This document shows, piece after piece, positions 11,998 to 23,984 of a stretch of 34,380 bases of DNA (the stretch's first letter is position 1; each line of letters begins with the position of its first letter). A program made the translations under genes and the position numbers. Under the pieces are notes generated by a model. The model did no database searches. It saw only the letters and a program-made list of their open reading frames with translations, and was not told the DNA's origin. The stretch is from Octopus bimaculoides (Eukaryota), in contig NC_068988.1 in assembly GCF_001194135.2 (NCBI RefSeq), positions 48,762,215 to 48,796,594 of the forward strand. Direction: 5' to 3'.

Positions 11998-12072
<75 letters not shown>
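11991..12072. repeat. (CTT)n-(ATT)n compound microsatellite at the 5' truncation point of the LINE
   Basis: Directly visible. Confidence 0.95.
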
Positions 12073-12074
<2 letters not shown>

Positions 12075-12477
12075 ACACACATTCTATTTTTCATCCCCTT
12101 CGAAATTTCTCTTAACTGTGGTTTGGACTTTCTGACTGTTTCTTCTAGTATGTAAGGCGACCTGTCAAGGCTCACCTCTTTTGTGTTTAAATGTGCACTA
12201 ATTTATATATATATATAAAGACTTTATACTAAGCAAAATTTGAAAAATTTTCTATGATATGTGAACCTCAAAGGAGCGAGAAATGGACAAGGCAACAAAT
12301 CAATTGCGTTCTGGCTGATTAAACAAATGTCATATACCAAAATATCAACAGTAAGCAACTTTTGAACATTTATGTAGGGGAAAAGACTTATGAAGCGCTC
12401 AGAAAAAGAGACGTGTTTTAGTTGACTCTGCTATTGGTATTACTTCTTCTTCTGCTGCTACTACTACGACAAAGAGC

Positions 12478-12516
12478 AATAATAACAATGATGATAATAA
12501 TAACAACAACAACAAC

Positions 12517-12587
<71 letters not shown>

Positions 12588-12588
12588 T
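12478..12588. repeat. (AAT)n/(AAC)n microsatellite
   Basis: Directly visible. Confidence 0.95.
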
Positions 12589-14062
12589 ATGAGAATATTC
12601 ATAAACATGATAAATGAAGGAAAAGAATAAAAAATGTACACACCATAAAAAGCGTGGAAAAAACAATTTAATTAATTCTCTTACGACGAGGCACAGCGAG
12701 AAATTAATTACACTCTAGAAAACGGCCGAAACGAAATTAATTTTCTCCTCAAATAAAATATATTAAGCAATATATATGCGTGTATGGATGTATGTATGCA
12801 TGCATATATACCTATGCGCATACTCCTTTATATATAAATGTGTGTGTGTATGTGCTTGCGATTGGTGTGTGTGTTTGTGTAGGCGTGGGTGTATGTGTGT
12901 GTGTGTGTGTGTGTCTGTGTGTATTTGCATGTATATATTTCTATGCGTATATCTATTTTTCCAATTTTGTCAGTCTATTTGAGTTTGGAAGCGGAGTCAT
13001 TTATGCAGCTTATTTTTATATATGTGACCAACTTTACGTGGAAGATTCAGCCATTAAAGAAGAAAAGTGGGATGAATGTGTGAATAACGCTTATTAATGT
13101 CACCTCTCCAGCCTTTACCACTGCGATAATAATTAATAGCTCTATCAGCTCCTTAAATCTGGCATGTGGCAATGAGGAGGTGGAGAATGTGGAAGATGGG
13201 GAAAAGGAGGAGGAAGGGGGCAAAGTGAATAATGCATTGTTGCCTCTTCTAGTAGATTAGAGATTGTTCTTTTTGTTTTTCTTTTGTCAGTGGTGTACTG
13301 CAGCTCCAGGCGTTATTGACATTCGATTCAATCAACTATAATAATTCAGCAGTCGAACTTGGGAAAAATGACAGTAGCAAAATTGATCTAGATGGAATCC
13401 GAAATCAGAAGTCCCAGCGACGTAAACTGTTGCATACTTTTGCCCGTCTTTCTACTAAAGCTGCCATCAATCGATATATTTTTCACTTCTATTTTTTTTA
13501 GCATTTATTTGGTGTTGGTGGTGGTAATGGGAGTAATGGAGCAGGAGTAGTGATATTACTTCATTGATTCCATAATTTACCTTCATTTTATTATTGTTAT
13601 CTAACTTTCTTTCCTTCCTCATTTCTTTCTATCGTCTTCATTACTTGCTTGCTAATTAACGTTCAGTAGGTGTTTAACGATTCATGATGATTACTTTGTT
13701 TTCATCCTTCCCCAGCAACGTATTGCCTTCATGATATTCCATCCATATTGCAGGTGTGTTCTTTCGGTTGCCAATATTTTTTTTCATTTCTTCGTAACGT
13801 TTACTGTTTTTATTTTAAGTATGCTCTTCATTCACAGTAATTTTATACTTATTATATATATATTATTAGCACCACACACACACATGTACACTCACACTCA
13901 TACACATACACACCTGTACACATATTTTATATATGTGTGTTTTGTGTGCACATGCGCGCGTGCGTGTATTATTTATAGCATTAATTCAATTATTTCAGGT
14001 GCGAAAGATTGTTGCGGGTTACAATATATGAGTTGCACGTATACAGATTTGTACACATACTG

Positions 14063-14098
<36 letters not shown>

Positions 14099-14137
14099 GT
14101 GTGTGTGTGTAGGCTTACATATATATGTGTATGTATG

Positions 14138-14168
<31 letters not shown>

Positions 14169-14269
14169 ATGTGTGCGTGTGCCTGCGTCTGAGTGTAAGT
14201 GTCTATATATGTATATATGCGTATATGTGTATATATAGTATGTGTATAGATAGAGAGGAGTTCAACCAT

Positions 14270-14880
14270 AAAAGGTTTGTTTTGCGCTTTCTTATTAAGT
14301 CAAACATTACAGTTCGATATTACTGTTGATTTTATAATCGCAGAAGGTTATTAGGAGAGTGCCGTTCAGTTTGTGTGAACCTGTCATCAGTCAGTAAGGG
14401 CAGAAGTGTCTGTAATTAAATGAGATATGTACTTCTTGAGAGTCGGTATTTGTACAGGAATGCGGTTGTGTTGTGATGATAATGATCTCAGGCCATAACT
14501 AGAAAAGAACCTATTCATACAAAGCTGCATATCATTCTCTGGACCTACATTCAGAATACAGATATCCGCAAACAAGAACTTGCATACTTCGTCCTTCATG
14601 CATTTTGTTCGATATTTTCTCTGAATGGAATGATGTCACTGCAGCAGCAAGTAACGAGACCAAAGTGTCTGTCTCGAAGCGCTTAATTCAATGGCTGAAT
14701 ACATTTGTCAATGACTTGAAACACGATGATAAAAGTCGTATGCCGCAAACAAGCTAGTTTGATAGTGTAAATTTGAGTGTAATCGTCGATCATCACTCAT
14801 TGCCCTGGAAATGATCAACCGTAGCACGAACAGGTATGATTTTTCCAGGGTAATAAACTTGTCGAGATATCTGTGATCCT
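14270..14880 (-). mobile_element. Old, decayed RTE/BovB-like LINE RT fragment
   Basis: Minus strand KFLFADICILNVGPENDMQLCMNRFFSSYGL resembles RTE LLFADDCALNA.SE..MQ..MDRF...FGL; downstream DRFT..LNGTL resembles FTYLGSTLS. Confidence 0.7.
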
Positions 14881-15660
14881 CTAAGATTTTTCTAAATCAA
14901 TTCTGATTGATACTGTCAAATGTTCGAATGCTTTTGTAAAGTTGAGTAGATTCAATGATGCTGTTCTTTACATTTATGAAGCTAGTGTGCTGAAACACGT
15001 GGTAAATTCTATCACAACCACTTCTAAACTGAGAATGGACTTATATTTTCATTTGCCGAATAACTGTTAAGCTATTGCAAATTTTCACAGTTTTTTGTTT
15101 CATAGTGTTTGTCACTGGCCCGTGCACAGGTGTTGAAGTATGCGGTTTACCAGCCAGAGTAAGTTACTGCGTTATGAGCAAGCTACAGCTGTTAACTCGA
15201 CATAACGTCGAATTATCTAAAAAGATAACTCTTCAAAGCAATTCGTTCCATTTTCGCGAATTTTCTCGGTACTACAGAAGATTCAGAAGAACTAGCCTAC
15301 TCCGTCTTTTCTAGAATTATCGGGAAATACGCATATTCAGTCTTAAGATGAGGAAAATAAAAATATTATTTAACAAAGTGTATTGCTCACCCACTCATAA
15401 GAATATAATTCTCTGCCCATTGTTAGCATTCTTAGATGTATACGTAAAGAGTAAAAAATCTCTGTTCATTCAGACATAAATACATATACACATGCATAGA
15501 TACTTGCATAAACGCAAACGCGCACACATACACTCATATGCACATACATACATACATACATGCACCATACATACAAGGAAAAATACCCATAAGAAAGCTA
15601 TTAGTCTTTCCATCGCATAGAAAATGTATCGTTTTGGAAGAAATGAATATTGTTGTTAAT

Positions 15661-15853
15661 CGTATCAGGACAATTACCACCCATGCGACAATTCCCCCCC
15701 CCCCCGATAACAACTACCCCCTAGGACAATTACCCCTCTTGGTTAATTACCCCCTCGTTAATATATTAAGAAGTGTTAAATCATCATCTGTTGTTCTCAG
15801 GGGTAATTGTACTCGCGGGGTTATTGTCGAAGGGGGTAGATGTCCTAGACTCG
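15661..15853. mobile_element. Mutator/foldback-like MITE with 8-9 bp target-site duplication
   Basis: Flanked by (G)TTGTTAAT at 15652-15660 and 15853-15861; imperfect TIRs CGTATCAGGACA / reverse complement CGAGTCTAGGACA; about 5 left-arm GGACAATTACCCC-like repeats mirrored by about 3 right-arm GGGGTAATTGT-like repeats. Confidence 0.7.
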
Positions 15854-16103
15854 TTGTTAATTGTATTTATTTATTTCTTCATTTGTGTTTTATTAGTAAT
15901 TTGTTTGATTGTATAATAAATATAGTATAATCTTTAAGCTTTCATTTAACGGAAATTTAATTTGTCGTCTCAACAATAGAATCATTCACCAATGAAGTCT
16001 TCCCAGCTTCTACGATATTGTTTAGGATATTGGTGAATCTCATAGGTTTGAGGTAATTTCGCATGTCCTAATTACACTACATTATTTCATTATGAAATAA
16101 GAA

Positions 16104-16319
16104 AGGCGGCGAGCTAGCAGAAACGGTGGCATGCCGAGCGAAATGCTTAGCGGTCTTTCGTCTATCTTTACATTCTGAGTTCAAATTCCGCCGAGGTCGA
16201 CTTTGCTGTTCATCCTCTCGGGCTCGATAAATTAAGTTCCATTTGCGCACTGGCGTCGATCTAATCGACTGGCCCCCTCCCCCAAAATGTCGGGCCTTGT
16301 GCCTAGAGTAGAAGAGATT
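16104..16319 (+). mobile_element. tRNA-derived SINE, near full length
   Basis: A-box-like TAGCAGAAACGG, B-box GAGTTCAAATTCC, central CTTTGC..TTCATCC...GATAAATTAAG domain; related copies at 28283-28492 (-) and, decayed, near 33770-34210. Confidence 0.85.
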
Positions 16320-16368
16320 TTGAAAGACGGAGAGACAAAGGAGTAGAGAGAAAGGTAGGGAATATATA

Positions 16369-16585
16369 TGAGGCGGTGCTGAAAAGTTCCTGGTTTTGAA
16401 TAAAAGAAAATACAAGAGGATCGGGGAATTATATTTTTATTGAACATATTCCCCTCTCAGATTCACACACTTATTGCAGCGGTCCTTCAGCCTTTCTAAG
16501 CCCTGTAAAAGAACTCGGAAGTTTGGGCCTCCAAACAGACATTTCGCGAGATTCATAAAGCCAGGACCTTTTCATGACCCATACG
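16369..16585 (-). mobile_element. Mariner-derived MITE
   Basis: TA flanks; imperfect TIRs TGAGGCGGTGCTGAAAAGTTCCTGG / reverse complement CGTATGGGTCATGAAAAGGTCCTGG; retains mariner C-terminus GLERLKDRCNKCVNLRGEYVQ*. Confidence 0.85.
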
Positions 16586-17129
16586 TACAAAGATATCTCA
16601 CAAGTTGTAATATATACATATACATGTATGTGCGCGCGTGTATGTATGTGTGTGCGCGCGTGTGTGTATGTGTGTGTGTATGGTGAGTGTAATATGTGCA
16701 TACGTATGTAATAAGTATGTATAAATGTATGTATGCATGTGTGTGCGTGCACGTGTGTGTATTTATGCTTTTTTTGTTTTGGTGGGATTTCTTTCTATTG
16801 CATTTCTTCGTGGAAGTCTGTCGGTCACTGACACAAGGCAAAGTTTTTCCTGAAACAAAAATGACAGTTTCAGTTTGTAATTGTTCTGGCTAAATGAATA
16901 GCTTTTCCTAACTTGAAGCTATAAGCTGTTTTGTATAAGCAATGAAGTAATTTATTTATAGATAGCTATTATAATAGGAAATATCTGTGATTACTTGGTA
17001 TTTCGGTGTTGTATGGTACCGTTTGGTGTTCGGCTTAAACATAAGTTGCATAAAAGAAAAAGCAAACATGATGTCCCATTGAAAAATTAACGTATTTTAA
17101 AACACCATAAACTATGGACTAGATTATAG

Positions 17130-18120
17130 TAGGGAAATAACAGTTTGCTCAACGTAGCCGCCCGTAGCTTCCATGATGCCCCTAACACGGCTCCGGAGCC
17201 TGGAGTAAGCGTTTCTCACCGTATCCCTGAGACGATCTTCGAATACCTCCTTGATCTTGACCGTCAGCTAGACATTGGCGTTGTAGGCAGTGCGGTTGGA
17301 GTCTTTTTCAACCGTACCCCTCTCATAGTAATCCATAGGATTACTGGAAAATTAGGAGGCCAGAAATTGGAGCTGACTCTTTACGAAGGTTATGGCAATG
17401 GGCCCAGTCTTTCTGCCACGCATATGACATTCCAAGAACAATGCTCTCCAGCTACAGTTTGACCAGAGACTTCAGCAACATCTCATGACCATCTGAATTG
17501 AGCCTAAGGGCAATTTCAAAGATGTGGGTTTGCATGACGTAACCCACGTTGGAGACCATCACAATTTGGGAAAACTTTTTTGTACATTATACATAGCATA
17601 TTGCATAGACTTTATGCAAACCACTAGTTGTGTTCGGTGTGGTACAAATGGAACTGGCAGAAGTTCTTTTCATCTCAGAACAACCAAATCATCCTCGGTT
17701 CATTAGGCTGCCTCAGAATGATAAGGAGTTCCTTTGCCTTCGTCAAGCGGGACTCCTTGGTTTCGTTTGCCAGAATTTGTCTCTTGCGTCTCTTGTTCAA
17801 TGACACCTCTATCGTAGCGACTCCATCTGCCATTTCTCTCGACAAAGCCTGTATTTCCTTCTCGGATCTTCCATCACCTTGTCCTGCAGCAGTTGGCTAA
17901 TTTCCCAGAAGCGGACGAAGATAAAATGCCCACTCTGCTTCTTTCAGTTGGCTACGACCTCGTAATCTACATTGCAGATGTCTGTGTAACGTCTGACAGT
18001 ATTGTTAACGTTCACAGAACATTGAGCAATAGTCATGACGTCGCTATTTTGATACCAGGCGTAAATCTTCATGGCAGAGTTAAATCTTTACCAATATTCA
18101 GATGGCATCCAGTTGTCCAT
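17130..18120 (-). pseudogene. Tc1/mariner (maT/DD37D-like) transposase pseudogene
   Basis: ATG at 18120: MDNWMPSEYW*..., KESRLTKAKELL..PNEPRMIWLF*DEKNFCQ (D1), HIFEIALRLNSDG, WQKDWAHCH (D2 region), FWPPNFP..NPMDYY (D3 region, with deletions), KIKEVFED..RDTVRNA.SR.RSR...EATGGYVE. Multiple stops; TIRs not identified. Confidence 0.88.
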
Positions 18121-18288
18121 GTCAACTAAATATTTTCTCAACTACAGCTTCAGGCTTCATGCGCTCCAGAGCGGGTGACTGTTTACCAATACAGTAAGTT
18201 GTTCTTGAAAAAGAGACAGAAAACTATCGTCAAATTTATCCTTTATGTATGCATAAATATATGATTGTGAATCATGCAAACACACACA

Positions 18289-18332
<44 letters not shown>

Positions 18333-19379
18333 CCTGTGTGTGCGCGTGCGCGTAGATATATATGTATACATATATATTCTAGTTTGTGAGGGCGCGTATG
18401 TATTTATATGCTGTGCTGCTTGTATATATGTATGTAAATAAGATATTCTTTTTTTATGCCTTGCTTGCTTAGCCTTAGAAGAATCATTGTCTACGTTTTT
18501 TTATTCCATCATTTAATATTATATCTCAACATTTTAAAAAATATATTTTTCATGTCTCTTCCATTTTCATACAATATTGAATATGAAACAATCTTATTTT
18601 ATTTCGTTTGAGGTTATGTATTTTACAATGCAAGTAAGTAATATATATACCAATAAATTTTCCCGGCGTTGATTCAATATATTTATGTCATCCACTGAGA
18701 CACGTATAAAAACAAATGCACATAAATATATACACGTGTACAGCAATACATACATACATTTATACGTACACACAAGCATACATACTTATATACATAATTA
18801 TGAAAGAATATATGTATACAAGTGGTCTCTAAGATTTCTTCGCGTTAGATATTTGTGGAGGACTAAAGAGAGTACGTTATTTCGTTTACATTCCATTGCC
18901 TCAAAATATAATGTGTTATGTCTGATAACCTACTTAATGTTATGGCATTTGTGATTTCTAAAAGTGCAGCCTGGCTTCATTGTAAGTGAGTACAATACGT
19001 ACAGTTTTGTAAAAACAAAAGTGGAAAACAGAATGTAGGTACATGTTTAGTATTTCTGTGCGCGTATGTGTTTCAGACATAGGTATTATGTGTGTATCTG
19101 TGTGTGTCTGTGTCTATGTTCTGTGTATGTCTATATCTGTGTGTGTGAATGTACATGTATGTATATATGTATGTGTGTATTGAACTATAGTCAAATGATT
19201 GTAACGAGCCCTAGAAAGCCTCAGACATAACTCATTAAGTGACGATAAGCCTCAAGACATACTCCATGGTGTACATGATAACAATAGATAACCTTACAAC
19301 CATAAGTAAATAAATTCTCCACAATAAACTGAAACTTTTCGTTATTACAAATAATAACTCCAGCATCAAAATATGCAAG

Positions 19380-20090
19380 GGTGACAAAATTAGTTATTGA
19401 TATAGATTTGTTTATTACAAAATCAATAAATTGCCAGCGAAAAATATCAGTTAATTTGTTAAGATTTAGCCATTAAAATATTAAAATAAGTAAAATATGT
19501 GGGCCAGTAAATGCACAAATTGGGACCACATTTTGCCCCAACACTTACGGCGAATTCAACTAAGCTTATATCTAGAATAAACATACACAAACTAAATAAA
19601 CTTTCCAAACCATATGTATTCTATAAATATACCTATATACAACATCAGAAACAAATTAGATACCTTTGTCAATGAATAACCAGGGGAGTCATGTCTATAG
19701 AAAAGCGAGTCCAACGAAGAAGGTCGCAATGCATATTAGAGGTCCAAAATTCACACATCAACTACTGAACAGCACATTAATACACTAAACAATTCGCCAC
19801 AAAGTATGTGCTGACGAAAAAATTATTCATTACAGGGAATAGTGAAAAAACTAAACACTGAAAATTACTCTTGTCACAAATAGAACTAAGCATTTCACTG
19901 ATGATATATAAATCTAACACAAAATCTAAATGGCTTTTGAAATAGGAACAAGTTTCTCTCGGTTCAAGTTTTGCTCAGTCCAAGTTTCTACATGTCATTT
20001 ATACGTATAAGACAGTACTCTCCCTATAAACAAAAGTGTAGGGTCCCTTCACTAATTAAAACTTATCTAGAATAGAAATAAACTCGATTA
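19380..20090 (+). mobile_element. Possible heavily decayed Penelope-like RT fragment
   Basis: With frameshifts: IGTTF-APT..AN (19520-19556), YLE (19569-19577), RYL ~27 codons later (19658-19666). Matches the order of PLE GT..APTYANL.MGYLE...WxRYLDD. Boundaries uncertain. Confidence 0.35.
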
Positions 20091-20164
20091 AAATCATTTC
20101 ATGTTGTTTTCGTATTTCAAGTTGTTTGCGTTTTGTAATGTCTGCACCTATATATATGCATATA

Positions 20165-20645
20165 TATCTAATATATATATATATATATATTCCTTTCTAT
20201 CAGTCTGTCTGTTTGTGCGCTTATAACTCGAGTATTGTTCATCCGATTGCGCTGAAGTTTTAAGCATGCATACAGAAAAGAGCGAAGTGTTCCGTAATCT
20301 AAAAAGATTTTCAAAATTGTCAGTTTCAAAGCCTTTATATATTTAATCCTTTATATTGAACACTCAATATTTCATCTATTCAATAAGACATATTCCATAT
20401 ATTCAATAAGACATTCAATACTTTATTTCATAGTACCATCCATTTTTATTTTATATTATATATTGTATATTATATTATATATTGTATATTCCATATTCTA
20501 TATCCCACATTGGTTTTGCAGAAATATAAATAAAACATAAAAAACAGACAGTGTTGGAACTCTTTTAAACAAAATAATATATTCCTCTATACACAATCAT
20601 ACAAAGCCCCATTTTTTGTATTTATTTTTACTCGCATATATATAT
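20165..20645 (+). mobile_element. Non-autonomous rolling-circle-like (DINE-1/Helentron-type) repeat; 3' part shared with 8462-8758
   Basis: TCTGTCTGTTTGTGCGCTTATAACTCGAG..CCGATTGCGCTGAAGTTTT core resembles DINE-1-like elements; (TA)n at both ends; internal duplication of ATTCAATAAGACAT. Confidence 0.55.
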
Positions 20646-20907
20646 ACTTATATATATGTATCAAGTCTAGGGAACGTCAAGGCCAGTTGACATTGCCAGA
20701 GTGGGAGATTTTTCTCTCTCCAAAGCACTGCTATAGCAACATTATTGTTTCTCTTACTGTACGAACAGATGTCCCATCTTGTGGGTGTTATGGTGCAAGG
20801 GTTGGAAAGAGCACGGGCGTGCGAAGCGGAAAATGGGATGCCATTGAAGCCTTGTAAACATATATATGTAAGTATGTACATATATGTATGTACATATGCA
20901 TATATAT

Positions 20908-21038
20908 TACCAACCACATGGTTCTGGATTCAGTCCCACTGCGTGGCACCTTGGGCAAGTGTCTTCTACTATAGCCTCGGGCCGACCAAAGCCTTGTGAG
21001 TGGATTCGGTAGACGGAAACTGAAAGAAGCCCGTCGTA

Positions 21039-21087
<49 letters not shown>

Positions 21088-21370
21088 NNNNNNNNNNNNN
21101 NNNNNNNNNNNNNNNNNNNNNNNNNNNNNNNNNNNNNNNNNNNNNNNNNNNNNNNNNNNNNNNNNNNNNNNNNNNNNNNNNNNNNNNNNNNNNNNNNNNN
21201 NNNNNNNNNNNNNNNNNNNNNNNNNNNNNNNNNNNNNNNNNNNNNNNNNNNNNNNNNNNNNNNNNNNNNNNNNNNNNNNNNNNNNNNNNNNNNNNNNNNN
21301 NNNNNNNNNNNNNNNNNNNNNNNNNNNNNNNNNNNNNNNNNNNNNNNNNNNNNNNNNNNNNNNNNNNNNN

Positions 21371-21410
<40 letters not shown>

Positions 21411-21610
21411 ATGTGTTTGTCCCCCCAACTTTGCTTGACAACCGATGCTGGTGAGTTTACGTCCCCGTAACTTAGCGGTTCGGGAAAGAGACCGATAGAA
21501 TAAGTACTAGGCTTACCAAGAATAAGTCCTGGGGTCGATTTGTTCGACTAAAGGCGGTGCTTCAGCATGGCCGCAGTCAAATGACTGAAGCAAGTAAAAG
21601 AGTAAAAGAG
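20908..21610 (+). mobile_element. 5'-truncated tRNA-derived SINE with an internal (TA)n/(GT)n microsatellite spanning the N gap
   Basis: B-box-like GGATTCAGTCCC, CCTTGGGCAAGTGTCTT, ..AAGCCCGTCG-(TA)n [gap 21088-21370] (GT)n-TTGTCCCCCCAAC..GATAGAATAAGTAC..GACTGAAGCAAGTAAAAGAGTAAAAGAG tail. Confidence 0.8.
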
Positions 21611-22332
21611 TATATATATAGGCGCAATATAAACAAGGTAGCATTTCGAACGCCCTGAGTTATTCTTGCTAGAAAACCAGAAGCAGATGTGATATCGGTG
21701 GTAGATTCAATCGACTCAATTAGATAAATACTCAACTTAACATTATCACAGTTAAAAATATTACAGTATACTTGCATACATACCCAAAAACGTATGCTCT
21801 CATGTCTGCGTGTATGTGTGTTTTTATGTGTGCGTGTGAGTGGAGAGAGAGGGTGGAGAGGGAGGGGTAATAAAATCTTAAACCGACTTCAGTTTCAGCC
21901 TGTAAAATCTACTGTCACCTATTTATTAGTCAAATACCAATTAACGAGTCTAGAGACATTAAAGTCCAAAGCTTTAAGTCAGAAGATACGAAATATCAGG
22001 TTACATCTGAGATACCATTTCAGTATGGCACTAGGTTAACCAAACGTAGAAGTAAAAATTATAATGGTATTTCCTTTTATTGATCATGTAAAGTAGGTGA
22101 AATTTTAAGATTAATGGTTGATACCTTTTATATATGGCCTATATCCGTAACGGACTGGAAGTTGCTTCTGTGTGTAAATATATGTACATGTGTGTGTGTG
22201 TGTGCGTGTGTGTGTGTGTGTCTGTCTGTCTGTGTGTGTGTCTCTGTGTGTGTCTTGGTGTATCTGTGTAAATAATACTAAATATATAAACGCTTAATAC
22301 ATATTTATGTTTATGTACAAACACACACACAC

Positions 22333-22413
<81 letters not shown>

Positions 22414-22486
22414 CACTCATAGATAGCTATTCAGACAGATAGACAGGCAGACAGACAGATAAATAGATAGATAAATATCAACAGTC

Positions 22487-22800
22487 AAAAAGTGTGGCCG
22501 ACCTACGTGCATGATTTGCATAAACCACATTGAACACAAAATATAAATTTGAATCAAGAAAAATTTCTACCATAAACATATTTTCCCTGCTCGCCAAAAA
22601 TGCGCGAGGATTACATTGGCAAACGAAACTTACTCTTAGAACTAGACAGCTATTCATCGTCGACAAATACAAGAACCTGGACAATACAGATTCCACTGAG
22701 TGGACACATACACGTATGTGAAAAGAATAATTCCCCAAACCCAAATCTTCCCACTTTATCCTGTTTTCTCGCGTAACACTAAGGTACGTATTTAGTGGTG
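22487..22800 (+). mobile_element. Penelope-like GIY-YIG endonuclease fragment (decayed)
   Basis: KKCGRPTCMIC, EDYIG-QTKLTLRTR, IHRRQI, QIPLSGHIHVC in order across frameshifts; matches PLE CG.P.C..C / YIGQT...L..R..HRQQI / LSEH..C pattern. Confidence 0.7.
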
Positions 22801-23744
22801 AACAACATTAATGCTGACTTACCTACATAAAAATCATATCCGTTGAGTCAATAAATATGCTAAATTTACCAGAAGCTACGTTCTTCGAATTTCTAAAGCA
22901 AAATACAGTGAAACATGATGACTTTAAATTGTGGAATACTTTTCTTTTGCTTAGACAAGTTCTCACACTTCCAAGTCATCTTACATTGACTTATATANNN
23001 NNNNNNNNNNNNNNNNNNNNNNNNNNNNNNNNNNNNNNNNNNNNNNNNNNNNNNNNNNNNNNNNNNNNNNNNNNNNNNNNNNNNNNNNNNNNNNNNNNNN
23101 NNNNNNNNNNNNNNNNNNNNNNNNNNNNNNNNNNNNNNNNNNNNNNNNNNNNNNNNNNNNNNNNNNNNNNNNNNNNNNNNNNNNNNNNNNNNNNNNNNNN
23201 NNNNNNNNNNNNNNNNNNNNNNNNNNNNNNNNNNNNNNNNNNNNNNNNNNNNNNNNNNNNNNNNNNNNNNNNNNNNNNNNNNNNNNNNNNNNNNNNNNNN
23301 NNNNNNNNNNNNNNNNNNNNNNNNNNNNNNNNNNNNNNNNNNNNNNNNNNNNNNNNNNNNNNNNNNNNNNNNNNNNNNNNNNNNNNNNNNNNNNNNNNNN
23401 NNNNNNNNNNNNNNNNNNNNNNNNNNNNNNNNNNNNNNNNNNNNNNNNNNNNNNNNNNNNNNNNNNNNNNNNNNNNNNNNNNNNNNNNNNNNNNNNNNNN
23501 NNNNNNNNNNNNNNNNNNNNNNNNNNNNNNNNNNNNNNNNNNNNNNNNNNNNNNNNNNNNNNNNNNNNNNNNNNNNNNNNNNNNNNNNNNNNNNNNNNNN
23601 NNNNNNNNNNNNNNNNNNNNNNNNNNNNNNNNNNNNNNNNNNNNNNNNNNNNNNNNNNNNNNNNNNNNNNNNNNNNNNNNNNNNNNNNNNNNNNNNNNNN
23701 NNNNNNTATATATATTCATACATACATATAAGCATGTTAGTATT

Positions 23745-23930
23745 TGTGCAACCGGTGCTGATATGTTTAACTTCTCTTAAATTGGTGGTTCGACAAAAGT
23801 GGCCGATAGAATAAGTACCAGGCTTTAAAATAAATAAGTACTGGTGTCAAGTCAGCCGATGAAAAGATTCTCCAAGCCGGTACCCCATCATAGCTGCACT
23901 CTAATGCCTGAAACAAGTAAAAGAAGATAA
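23745..23930 (+). mobile_element. Diverged 3' half of the same SINE family as 21410-21610
   Basis: AACCGGTGCTG..GGTTCGACAAAAG..CCGATAGAATAAGTACCAGGCT..AATAAGTACTGG..CTGAAACAAGTAAAAGA. Confidence 0.75.
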
Positions 23931-23984
23931 GAACTATATATTTTTTTATATATGTTATATATGATGTATATTCATATGTAAACG

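Noticed and set aside
12668-12740. Hairpin AATTAATTCTC..GAGAAATTAATT and AAACGGCCGAAAC, hammerhead-like
   Set aside because: No CUGANGA core (two mismatches); AT-rich inverted repeat expected by chance
19811-19850. CTGACGA followed by a 7-bp hairpin and GAAA
   Set aside because: Four extra A between core and stem II; no stem III/UH or stem I
22823-22892. Minus-strand segment with strong acceptor and AG|GTAAGT donor
   Set aside because: All three frames contain a stop; no support as coding, although a non-coding exon cannot be excluded
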